A DNA stretch of 55,615 nt, filler included, from Basidiobolus ranarum (taxonomy: Eukaryota), in assembly GCA_040143965.1 (NCBI GenBank). It is 4 parts of 4 records of this genome, joined end to end, with 100 filler letters (N's around TTAATTAATTAA, not from the genome) between each part and the next. Parts side by side here need not be neighbours in the genome. Positions count along the whole stretch, not along the records: positions 1 to 13,848 come from JASJQH010007331.1; 3 more parts are not named here. The stretch is one strand, 5' to 3'. The notes beneath the pieces were generated by a model, which saw only the letters and a list, made by a program, of their open reading frames with translations, did not search any database and was not told the DNA's origin. Within the stretch, counting starts at the first letter, position 1. Each line of letters opens with the position of its first letter. This document shows positions 1-10,882 of the stretch, in pieces. The position numbers and the translations under genes were made by a program.

Positions 1-1
1 T

Positions 2-763
2 GACTTTTCCTCCGAAATTCTGAATCTTGGGGATGCTTGTATGCTCTCTAGTTTCCTCCCATCATCCGCACCTCAAGGTATTAGTTGGAATACTTTATAC
101 ATTGGCTCAGAGCATGGATATAGCATGAATCGCTTGGAGACTAGAGTCTTTAAATACCCCGGGCCCACCATACTCGTAGCAAAAGTATTCGTAACTAAAG
201 CAGAAGGAACTTCCAAAGGCAACATCAGCGAAGGCAGTGAAATGATTCTTGGTGCATATGTCAACGAGCCCTGGCGTTTTTCTAAACAATTTTGGGGGAG
301 TAATGATTGTAAATTATTTGAACTTGCTCCACAATTTGAAGTGTTCCCTTCCAATGGTCGTACTGAATCACACGTATATTGCCATTCCTCACAAGGAATT
401 GGATTTGGAGGTAAACCCGGACAATTTCAATTATGCTTTGATAATACCTTTCAAACAGGTAAATTCGTAAACGATCCGCTGTTAAACAACATAACATATA
501 CCATGTCACACTCTCGTCCGGATTTCCAAATTGAATTCGATGTCATCGAGATCGAAGTCATCGGACTCGGTGGTGAACAAGCCAAGCGACAACAAAGTAG
601 AGAATGGAAATTCGAAGCGAACGAGGCTAATCGTCGTGGCAACGTAAATCTTGCAAATAAAAACCAGAGTCGCCAAATCCTTGAAATGGCAGGGATATTG
701 GATACTTCAGCAGGTGAGTTGGAAATGATGCGTGGACAGTCGGAAGACAAAGAACAAGTCTAA
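2..763 (+). CDS. TLDc-domain protein (Rtc5/OXR1-like), 3' part; 5' end lies outside the contig
   Basis: Open frame from base 2. TLDc motifs: LYIGSEHGYSMNRLETRVFKYPGPTIL, GAYVNEPW, FWGSNDCKLFELAP, GIGFGG, FDVIEIEVIGLGG, followed by a Rtc5-like tail (QQSREWKFEANEANRR...ILEMAGI). Confidence 0.85.
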   Translation, partial: DFSSEILNLGDACMLSSFLPSSAPQGISWNTLYIGSEHGYSMNRLETRVFKYPGPTILVAKVFVTKAEGTSKGNISEGSEMILGAYVNEPWRFSKQFWGSNDCKLFELAPQFEVFPSNGRTESHVYCHSSQGIGFGGKPGQFQLCFDNTFQTGKFVNDPLLNNITYTMSHSRPDFQIEFDVIEIEVIGLGGEQAKRQQSREWKFEANEANRRGNVNLANKNQSRQILEMAGILDTSAGELEMMRGQSEDKEQV

Positions 764-1410
764 ACAAATGCCCATATCACTCTTGATTAGTCATCAGCAT
801 GTATTGATTAGATATATGTTTACTACAAATTTCATATTAAAGTATACCCAATGTGTAAGTGGATCTGTTGGTCGTAATAGTATAATGAGCAAGCACTACG
901 TGGCTTATGGAAACACTCTTCAATGAAACCTGCATGCTCTAACTAGTTTCCAAAAATAGAGTTCTAATATAAAATGCGAGTAATGAACACTATACTAAAT
1001 AAACGAAGACCTGTACCTCAGATAAATATATAATATATACAAATTCAGACTAATTTGGAAATTTCATTTAGAAAAATAGGATTCCTCCAATCCGAATGTT
1101 TAATCAATTTATGTAATAATTAAGGAAAGCGGCAGTAATTCCTTACGTTGAGTTCAAATTTCATTGGGTGTGATTATGAGGAGGTTACGAGACTTGATAT
1201 CGGAGATACTAATCATGAACATTTAGTTATTTTAAAAGTCGGACTACAATTTAAAATTGATTATATAGATATTAACTAAGTGGACTCCACCGTTTGCGGT
1301 ACCAGGTGAATTGTCTACAAAATAAAATCAGAAAGTGGTATCTATCGTACAAAGTGTGTTCGTGTAGGGAGTTAATGTTATGTACAGCGTGTTGATCCCT
1401 TTAACTAGAT

Positions 1411-2438
1411 TTATAAATCCTGTCGTTTGCGTTTCAAGTGATTTTCAATCTGAATTTTGCAATCTTTATCAAGATGCGTTAACAATCCCGTTAGTCCATT
1501 AAAGCGGCACCGAAATCCGTTTTTAGCCATAAGATAAGTAAAGGCAGCCTGATCCTGTCGATGGTTAGCTCGACTAGAACCAACTGGAGCAATGCATTCT
1601 TTCATAAGACCGCACTGAGCCCATGGTCTAATCACCTTGTTCATAACGGTTGAGTTCTTAGAGTCAAATGCAATGAAAGCTCCGTTACAGTTGACAAACT
1701 CCGTGTAATGCTCCATAGTATCAGTAAAGTACTCTATCATACCAGGATGTGTGAAATCAGGAATAGTGCCTTTACTGGGCGGACTAAAGATACCATGCTT
1801 CTCCACATAGCTGACTACATCCAGTAAGAAATGGGGGAAAGCGCGATCGCCAGAGTCCATCCATAATATTACTCCGGGGTACTTTTGAGCCGCTTCATGG
1901 ATAATACCAGTTTTCCAACCATATTCTCCTCTATTAATGTGAACACTCCAGAAGGAAGGATATTTTGTATAGTCAAATGACACCAGCTCATGAAAATATC
2001 CCTGTTTCTGAAATTCTTTGAGTGTGGCTCTTTGTCCCTCGCCTATTCCCAAATCGTACACCACTATTTTTGGTTGCGCCGAAGAGGGCATGAATCGGAG
2101 GGTATCTTGCAACGTATACAAATAGCTTTGAAGAGGACAAAAGTGATTCGCACTTGCGGCTGTCACTATGGTGTATCTGTATTCGGGTGTATTGTCTAAA
2201 GTTTGAAAAAGTGAGGTCAGAACAGATTGCTTAAGACAATACATAGGAAATACATACCTTCTAAATAGGACAGCTCAGCATCCACACTCTCCACATAATG
2301 TGAACCAATGTAAAATAGACCACTAATAATCAACACCACTTGTAGTATGAAGAAAGTTTTTAAAGATTTCGAGAACTTGGTGTTATGAGAAGGGAGTTCT
2401 TCTACCGGAAGAAGTGGTTCTTCAATATATTTCGCCAT
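1411..2438 (-). CDS. DUF1647-like type II membrane protein (putative glycosyltransferase-like), 2 exons
   Basis: Exon 1 (2438-2258) carries an N-terminal TM. Intron 2257-2196 (GTATGT...CTGAC...TTTAG) joins in frame to give EDNTPEY. Motifs VTAASANHF, VYDLGI, YGWKTGII, WMDSG, NHRQDQA. Confidence 0.7.
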
Positions 2439-3443
2439 GATTTTTTCAGGATTAGGTGAAGAGAATATGGAAATGATATGTAGAAAAGCAAAACTTGGAC
2501 ACGGACAAAGACGTTATTTATGAGTGCTCAGATTTACGAAGGCGCTACGGAAATGAAAAGGGTAGAGAATAGTCGATTGATTATTATTCAATTAATCTAC
2601 AGCTGGTAATTGATTTAATGGTTGACAAATGTGCTTGATGGCGTTCAATCAATCTATTACATCATCACTCATTTGGTTACACTTGTAACGCCATGTACTA
2701 AATCGGTAATTACTTTAAGTAATCCGTATGTTCTTTTCTGAGCTTCCTAGGTTAAATCTGGTCTATAAGAGCTATATTGCTGTTTCTAAAATTTAGCTTG
2801 ATTCGCGATTCGCCAACCCTATTTAGACTTTACACGAAGTAGTATCCCTATCCGCCAAAGTAGAATGGTGTTGATCCTTACAAAATCGCCTACAGAATTA
2901 GCATACTACCAAATCGCACATCTCTAGATCTTGCGTAGGTTCAATTACTCGCATGTATCCGGTAGGATTGTTGATTATTCTGGAAGATTTATTTACTGGG
3001 TCAATGCTCATTTGTCGAAATCCAGTCTTCTTGCTGCAATGAAGCCAATGCTTCTGGATAGTCAAGAATCTATTGAGAATTGCATTATGAATGGAGTATG
3101 ATGCAATCCAAAGAAAATCCCGGTAAACGATCAGCGTTATGCCAGATGTAGAGGAATGATCTATTATGAATCTGCCGTTAATGTCACGAGTTGCAGAAAT
3201 TTATGAATACAATAATTGTTTCATGCAGCTAGGATGTTTTGACAGAATTCACCTATTCATCCCTTCTATTGTTAAATATACAATTGTTCAGAGAAAATAC
3301 CCGAAGTGAATGAGTTGGGTAAAACCTAGAGATAATTTGCCATGGACCCAATTTTTCGCAACTCTATTTACTTATCGATACTCTGTCAGTAGGCTTCTAT
3401 TTTCAACACCATCTTTCCAGTTTTCTACTCTTCGGTGTATGCG

Positions 3444-4906
3444 ATGTTCTCCACTTCTTTGATTTTATTTCTAAGTATATTTGCATTTGAGTGGTTGTCA
3501 GTAAGTTGTATTCAACGTCATGGTTTCACGCAAATTTGCTATGATCACCCGAGGCCCTGGCAAAAAAACCACAAAGTTCGAGTGGAATGTGAGTTGGAGG
3601 ATACTGGTAAAATGCGGGGGGATAGAGTGTTGTCCCCTGGTGAATCCACGATGAAATTGCAGTTTCAATGCAATGCCGCCTCAGATAAATGTGAAAAAGT
3701 GAAAGCTACTTTTGATACTGCTTTTCAAATCATTTCGAATGTTGTGGTGTTTCGAGAACCTCTCATCGTTAATGCCTCTTTTATTTCTTTCTGTAAAGAG
3801 TTCAAAGAGTGTGACACTAATTTTCGTATACTAGGTATCATATTCTATGGTAGTTCAATTTACATACATAAGCATATTAACAATACATCAGGAAGTGCAG
3901 GTCCTGCTAGAACAATCGTCCTAATAGACGAGGATGGTAGAAGGAGAGCATTTCCACAGGCACTACTGAAACAGAAAGGTTATTCGAAGCATCCCAAATT
4001 CAGTTCTTCTGATATCATAGCCTCATTTAATTCTGATGTGGACTTCTGGTTTAAGGTAAATGGGTTAATTAAATCGCTCCCAATTAAAGTCATTATATTC
4101 ATCTTTTGATATAGGACGAGGGAGCAATCCGACGGAACCAAAGCGACTTTTTATTTGTTATAATTCATGAATTGATTCATGGCTTGGGAATCTCCTCATC
4201 TTGGATGGACTACATCCACGACACAGCGCAAGCATTGACTCCAAATATCCTGGTATCAACCACTCCCGAGCTTTATATATTTGGGGGCTTTGTAGAAAAT
4301 ATGTTTGATAAATTTCTGGTCGAATACCCATCACTAAAGCCATTGACAGAGACAGTAAATCTTCTAGATCAGTTTGCCAGTGGACCTGGGACGATCTTCA
4401 ACAATGAGGAGGAGTTTAATAGAACCTTTTATTATTCACCACAGTACAAACTTTCCTCAAGAATATGCAAGTTAGCTACTACCCCTCAAAGTTTGGCATT
4501 TGTGCCTCGAAATGCGACCATGAACGAGCCTATTATCCTAGAAACAAGTCTCAGTCCGTATATTCCTGGAAGCTCTATATCTCATTTTGACTTTAGAAAA
4601 TTTACCAATTCTCCAGACTTTTTAATGCGATTTATGGAGGATCGTGGGGTTTCTTTAGAAGAAGATGTTATTCGCGGTGGAAATTATGTAGGTGGACCAA
4701 TCGGCCCGCAGTTGACTAGTATTCTCGAAACGTTAGGATATACCATAAATCCTAACCCGAAGCCATTGTCAGAGTTCGTCTCCAAAGTCTCATCGCCCAG
4801 TACAAGTGGGGAAGGGGGTGTTTGCGTTCCTTACCTCTTCTATCTTCTCACACTATATACTTTGTACACATATCTGGAGGATACTATGAATATCCTACAG
4901 CGATAA
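3444..4906 (+). CDS. Secreted/surface zinc metallopeptidase-like protein (HELIHGLG); C-terminus altered by an insertion
   Basis: Signal peptide, with introns near 3835-3891 and 4056-4113. The spliced product reads ...DFWFK|DEGAIRRNQSDFLFVIIHELIHGLG, then LETSLSPYIPGSSISH and a hydrophobic tail. Confidence 0.75.
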
Positions 4907-5117
4907 CTGAGGAGAAAGAGAGTTTGATTCTTGACTTTCCTTTTGCTTGCCTTTTCTTTTACCTGGCCTTTGGGGCATAAATCGGTCAGGACAGGTACCT
5001 TTTTCTCTAAACGAAGTTAAGATGTGACGGAAATTCAGTACTGCAGCAAGGTCTCGGTTCCAAAGTCGTCTAATGCTACTGGCTGGCGTGGTCTTCAAAC
5101 ATTCGGTGTACACATAT
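4863..5117. repeat. 11-bp direct repeat TGTACACATAT (4863-4873 and 5107-5117), target-site duplication
   Basis: The two 11-mers are identical and the bases outside them differ on both sides. Removing the insert plus one copy restores a clean host C-terminus ...LYTLYTYGLNLYNHL*. Confidence 0.85.
4874..5106 (-). mobile_element. 233-bp Fanzor (TnpB-like) 3'-end insertion with 11-bp TSD; putative omegaRNA module
   Basis: The minus strand encodes ECLKTTPASSIRRLWNRDLAAVLNFRHILTSFREKGTCPDRF (last Zn-finger Cys plus the RuvC-III WNRD motif typical of fungal Fanzor1). It is flanked by the exact direct repeat TGTACACATAT at 4863-4873 and 5107-5117, with a terminal hairpin at 4874-4900. Confidence 0.85.
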
Positions 5118-6150
5118 GGCCTTAATTTATACAATCATTTGTAGAATTCCCGAATTTTTATGCAAATTTCCTTGATTCTCCATATTTATCAGATTTAGAT
5201 TGTTATTGATGTTTAATGTAATACTAAATAGATATTTTCACCGCATATCCAAAATGCATCAATGGTACACTAATAATTTCTCAATGAAGAGTTTTGGTGG
5301 TACCAGCGAGTTCATAGAAGCAGGTATTCCTCAAAGAGTACCCAAAGAATCGTTGCTTTACAACCAAGTTTCTGTGGAGTTGGTTTTCTAGGAGTGCAAA
5401 AATAAACCTATTCATTTCTTTGTCATTACCAGGAAAAGTGTATCATATAGATACGGTTTGTCTATAAAGCTTGATATCCTTAAGAATTTATTGAAAATGT
5501 AATGATTTAAGATACATCATAAGTTTATATATATAAATAGATATGACAGGTATTTATGTTATAAGCCCGAAAAGTGACAATAGGCCTAATTATCCTGACC
5601 AAATTTAACTGATGATGATTACTTGAAGCTCAAACTTAGTACTCTCGAAGCACTAGTATTGGCCTGATTTTAAAGTTAGTAGTTCGACTCAACTATTGAT
5701 CAATTACGGGTCCAGTCTTAGTTTGCGATGCATACACCTCATATAACACTTGAATGCTCAAGTTCATAAAATTTCCATAGATTACGTAAATTTTGCTTCT
5801 TAGCAATTTTTGTTAAATCAGATCGAAGAATGTTCAGGTGAAACTTAAAATAAATTTATCTATACACTGGCATCTTTGAGGTTGATATACACTTTTGTGA
5901 TCTCTATGTAAATTGGATGACATCTTTAAAATCCAAGCTCCATCTATGAATGAACAAGAGAAATAAACAGCATTGAGTCGGTGGTAAAAACAAATAGACG
6001 AATATGATATGAGAAAACTCAAGAATAGATTTGTAAAGTTTGACGGCTTTTACACCAAGGTCAAGCAAAAGAAAGGTGAGTTCAGAAGTATATATGTGAA
6101 TTTGAACAAGTGAAGGTATGTAAATTTTACTCACTTTTTTAGATACTAAG

Positions 6151-7130
6151 TTATGCTAGTGAAGTGGATTCTGAAATTAACTCTACACAATGCTTGGGAA
6201 AAACCCCCTTAACACGTCCTCGAGTTTCGTTGATTCCTTGTACCCAACCATCATCATATTCAACTATAACAGTAACTTGGTCACCTGGATATATTTCTAA
6301 TTCATCACCCAAAGTTGGTGTATATGTGTTGACTACAGTGTAAGTCTTTTGCAAGTGAGGTGGCGGTAATTTGGCGTCTTCAAATATATTAGTGTCATAT
6401 CCACTACTATACCTGCCAGAAAGCTGAGATTTTGAGTACTTTTTGGATTGCTGTCGGCGATACATTAGCAGAGCGAGGCCTGCTACTCCCACTACTACCA
6501 CAGCTACTATACCACCAATCGTTCCAGTAGAAATTTTGGTTGAACTGGGCTGGCTCCCGGTGCTAATCTGGTCATTCTTAATTTCATCTGAGGCAGGTAG
6601 ATTTTCAGAAGGGTGGGCAGAGAGAGGTTTTTTGGGGGGTGTATCTAGAAAAATCAACAAGAAAGAAATCAGATCAAAAATATTCACACATATCCTATTA
6701 AAGAAGATTAAATCTGACCTAGTTTTGAGGCATTACATCTCACTAAGGAGTTAACTTTGGACGAGTGGCAAAGGAGAGTTTTATCAGGCCCAACTAATGC
6801 AGAGAAACAACCGTGAACAACAGTGCCGTTTCCGGCATCAGAAGTGATATCGCATTCAACATCTTGCCCGTTAAAACTTCCCATTTGAACAGGAATTGTA
6901 TCTTCTTGGCAATATCCCCAATTGTCTTGTAAAGTAGATTGTCGTAAAAAGCACCAGGGTTTCCCTTGATTATCAGTCTCTGTACATCCTTGGTATTGAA
7001 CTCCTTTGTATACAAAACTAGGTGCACAATCGGAAAATACAACAGTCGGATTTATAGCGGAGACCAGAGAAAGATTTGTGGCCAACAAAGAAAGGGCTGT
7101 AACTAGTACATAAGGTAGGTGTAACTTCAT
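6151..7130 (-). CDS. Type I membrane protein: signal peptide, fibronectin type II domain, second degenerate 4-Cys repeat, S/T stalk, TM, cytoplasmic SH3
   Basis: ATG at 7130; phase-1 intron 6718-6645. FN2 motif CAPSFVYKGVQYQGCTETDNQGKPWCFL..WGYC; TM IGGIVAVVVVGVAGLALLMY followed by RRQQ; SH3 YTPTLGDELEIYPGDQVTVIVEYDDGWVQG...GVFPKHCV. Confidence 0.8.
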
Positions 7131-8439
7131 GCTGTGCGCGAAGAAATCAAACACTGTTGATATCGTATGATGCTAGTGCAAAAATTGATTGATTCTCACT
7201 AACCAAACCCAAGGAGTATGTACTCGTGATTAACGATAAATAACGGATGTGATACTTTCCCGGTAGATTATACGAAAATGACTGGGAGCGAAAGCCAAAA
7301 ATCACAAATGTATCGAATCTATAATCTTGATCAAATTGTGTTTCCAGTGAAGAAAAACGCCCAGAATCCGTTCCGAAAGCGGTAAACTATCGATAGAAGG
7401 TACAAACTGCAAATCTTCTGTCACAAAACAGAAATAAGGAAAAGCTCCAGGGGTTATTATAGCAGCAGCAACCAAGAAGGAAGGGTTACGACAATCAAAA
7501 GAAGATACCTAAATAATTTAAAATACTGAAGGTACACGATCGGATTCGGGAGGAATTCACCTTAATATATGATTGCATAAGCCCTGCTTATATGCACATA
7601 ACAAAACACAAATGAATTTCGCCCATATGTCCCAGTTTGATTATATATTTCCTTCAGATGGAGTTCAAATGCACCTGTTCCGAATCCAGATAGGTTTACA
7701 ACGAAGAAATTAACCCAAAACTGGTTTATGGCCATGCATCCGAGTATCGTATACGACAGTTGACAGCAGCCTCGTTAATCCTACACGCATACACGCTCTA
7801 CGCTGCCTAATTGGCAGAGTCTTACTTTAATACACAGGATTAATCCCACAATGTATGCCGAGATGATATAGAAACGCATATAATTTCGGAAAGAACGAAA
7901 CCATTTGAAATCGTGAAACAACGAATGAAATAATCGTTGACGTATCTAACTTTGCATACAATGATATTTGATTAAATGAAGTAAAAAACATTCGGTTTCA
8001 TGAAAATGTAAGAGACCGTTTCCAAAGTAATCGTTAATTCGGCCGTTACCGGAGCAAAACCGGCTATGTCACCTGATGACTATGAGACAAGCCTTATTGA
8101 TTGTATTGTCAAAATCATTAAGCACAGACCAAAGTATGACTTGACTCGTGGATAGAAGAAAACAAGCTCCAATACTAGAATTGGAAAATGTTGGGCGAAC
8201 CTTGTGCTACAGCAAATGCCAGTTACTGTCCTTTAGAAACCCCCTAGTCCCTTGAGATCATCAAGCAAGTTTTCACGCCAATCATCCGCTATCATATAAA
8301 AGAATGCATGTTTCATTTTCATCAAATTAACAAAGGCGATATTCCCTGGTTCATCAGTAGTTTCATGGTTTGATATTTGGCTATCGGTTTATCAGCAAAC
8401 AAAGGTGAAAATATGTAACACATGAGAAGATATCTTTCC

Positions 8440-9560
8440 GATCACAAGATAGTCAATCAATTTAGAACTTCTAAACTTTCGTCATTGTAATCGAAAGTGT
8501 CATTAGTAAAAATTCATAACAGATGGATCTCGATTCTATTTGCATGGCACTCTCGTTGTCTAGACAAGATTGATAAAGTTGTGGTCAATCATGACACTTG
8601 TCGCTGATGAAGCTAAGAAGGATCAATCCTTTATGCTTCTATTATATTGTTAGAGATATCGCCATACGGCTTCCACATTTATTGTAACTTAAAGCGTTGA
8701 CCTGCCAAAGAATTTGCATCTACTGGCACTAAGTGATGAATAAGCTGATTTTCATCAAGTCCGTAACTCAGGAATGCGCTAAAAGTAGTTTTATCAAATC
8801 AAAAATCAACGGATGTCTATTTGCATGAGGGCAACAAAAGTGGTTACTGTCTTGTTCACTTGCGCTTGTTTGCTCTAAGTTAGCCAGAATTCCTTTGTAC
8901 TTGGAAGTAATTTTAATGCTAAGACGGTACAGGAAGAATATCCTAGGGTAATTCACGTTAGGAAATTCCCTAATTTCGAAGACCATAATCTTGATATACA
9001 AAACAGAGTAAAGCCAAACTTGGTGCACACAAATATATCGGATTGGCATATATTTCTTTCGGATGTTTTGGTTCTTGAAAAAATCACGAAGTGAGTCGCG
9101 GGGTCAAATATGAGGAGTTATCTAGAAATATTATCTTTCACCCGGTCCTAAAAGGCCTTGGCGTAGCTCCTCTATTTTAGCCTCTTCAATTTCGTCAGTC
9201 AGGTATCTGGCATGACACACAAAATAATAGCGATATTCTTGAGGTGATTTTAAGATATTTGAAGATTCCAAAAACATTGAATTTTTTTGCAAAAAATAAG
9301 TTCCAAGAGAATGCCAATGACGTAGAATAGTTGGTGCCTCAAAGTGTGCCATGGCGATCACCTTTTAAGCATCATAGCTTTTTTAGAGTGCTTTGCATTA
9401 AACTATCTCTTAATCGGGACAAATGTGCAGTGCCCAAGCAATACCTACCTTAAGGCTAGGTTTTTTGGAATGAGGTCCACTTTCACCATGTTCTTTTCGC
9501 TTGTTATCAATAGTCATGATAGGAATATCTGAACTAATAGCTAACCTGGATCGAGTGAAG
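8440..9560 (-). mobile_element. Highly decayed Mutator-like (MULE) transposase relic
   Basis: Fragments on the minus strand occur in the expected order: TILRHWHS (~QLCxWH), HFCCPHANRHPLI (~HFxxHPLIP), VEAVWRYL* (~VWxYLW), AMQIES (~TTMxIES), KLIDYLVI (~RLDYLV). There are many stops and frameshifts, and the boundaries are approximate. Confidence 0.4.
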
Positions 9561-10882
9561 CCAAAGTCTGGAGATGTAAGAGGCTACAATCGAAGTTAGA
9601 AGTAGTAGTCGATTCACCTTGGGATAAAAATAACTTACTAAAACAGATGTTATGCATCAGAAGAGCCTGATAATCTAATGTGTGAGCAAAAAATTGTAGT
9701 TACAGTCTTAAATAATATACCCTCGAAGAAACCGCGGTTGTATCCTTTTCCTTCCATCCTTTTTAACAGTGACTTTCTGTGGGATTAGAGTAGAGAGTGC
9801 ACCTCCAGAGCTTGAAGTCAGGCTAGCAGATGGACGAAGAATCTCATTATTGAATTTTAGCCTTAAGGTTGTAATAATATTTCTGGGAAATGTGCATGTT
9901 TTTGGAACCTCATTAATCTCATTCTGAGAAGCGATGTAGGCTTAGAAGAGTCACCTCCCATAAGATCAGTAACACGTTTAGGCGCTTGATTTTTATTGGT
10001 AATAGGGTTTTCTTCCTCAAGTGAAAGTTGATCTGGAGTTTCAGCGATGATGACTGCCTTCTTCTGATAGTCACATTTAGCTAGCAATACTTGCTACAAG
10101 CCGTGCCGATCCCAGTATAAGTTACTGCTTACTAAAAGTTCAAATATCCCAGATAATCACATGGCCATCTAAGCCTCAAGAAGCAAGATAACGGCTATCG
10201 GAGGCCACGAAAAACTGGTAACATCTGTAATTGATAAAGGTTGAAGGAGGTATTGATATCTAGAAAGGATTGAAAGCAATGCGTAAATAAAAAATTACCC
10301 GACTTGTACTCTGCCAACCTCCTAGTGCTCTACATTTTCAACTCAACCGAAACTACTAAAAAGAACACTCTCATATCCACTTGAAGGTCTAGATATTTTA
10401 TAAAGCGGATTTCATTTATGAAATTCTTGCAGAGCTCTTGGCAAAGATTATACCGATCTAACTCTCAAATGAGAGTAATATTGTCGTCAGAGCCAGAGTC
10501 TAGATAATGTCTGTTGTACGTGCGTACTATAACAATAGTAGTAGTAGTAGACAATAGCGTTGGAACATCTGGCTTTCCCTCCTCTGTAAGATTGAAAATG
10601 GGTTCCATATTTTGATTTTAGAGTAAGGATAAAAAAACAAATTTGATGCTTTTCTCTAATATTTCTGTATCCAATGAAATGGAGGAGTATCCAAACTCTC
10701 GGTTGCCAAACGTGTTCCATCAGAGTAAAGGTGCTCATTTTTCTCTTTTTCTCGTCTTTAAAAATAATAGGAATTACTGTTGAAAAAATCAGATTAGTTT
10801 ACTTGCCAAACTCTATTAATTTATTATTAAAAATAAGGAGAAAATCTATAGATGAATTGATTGCAAAAAGTCTGATAGAATA

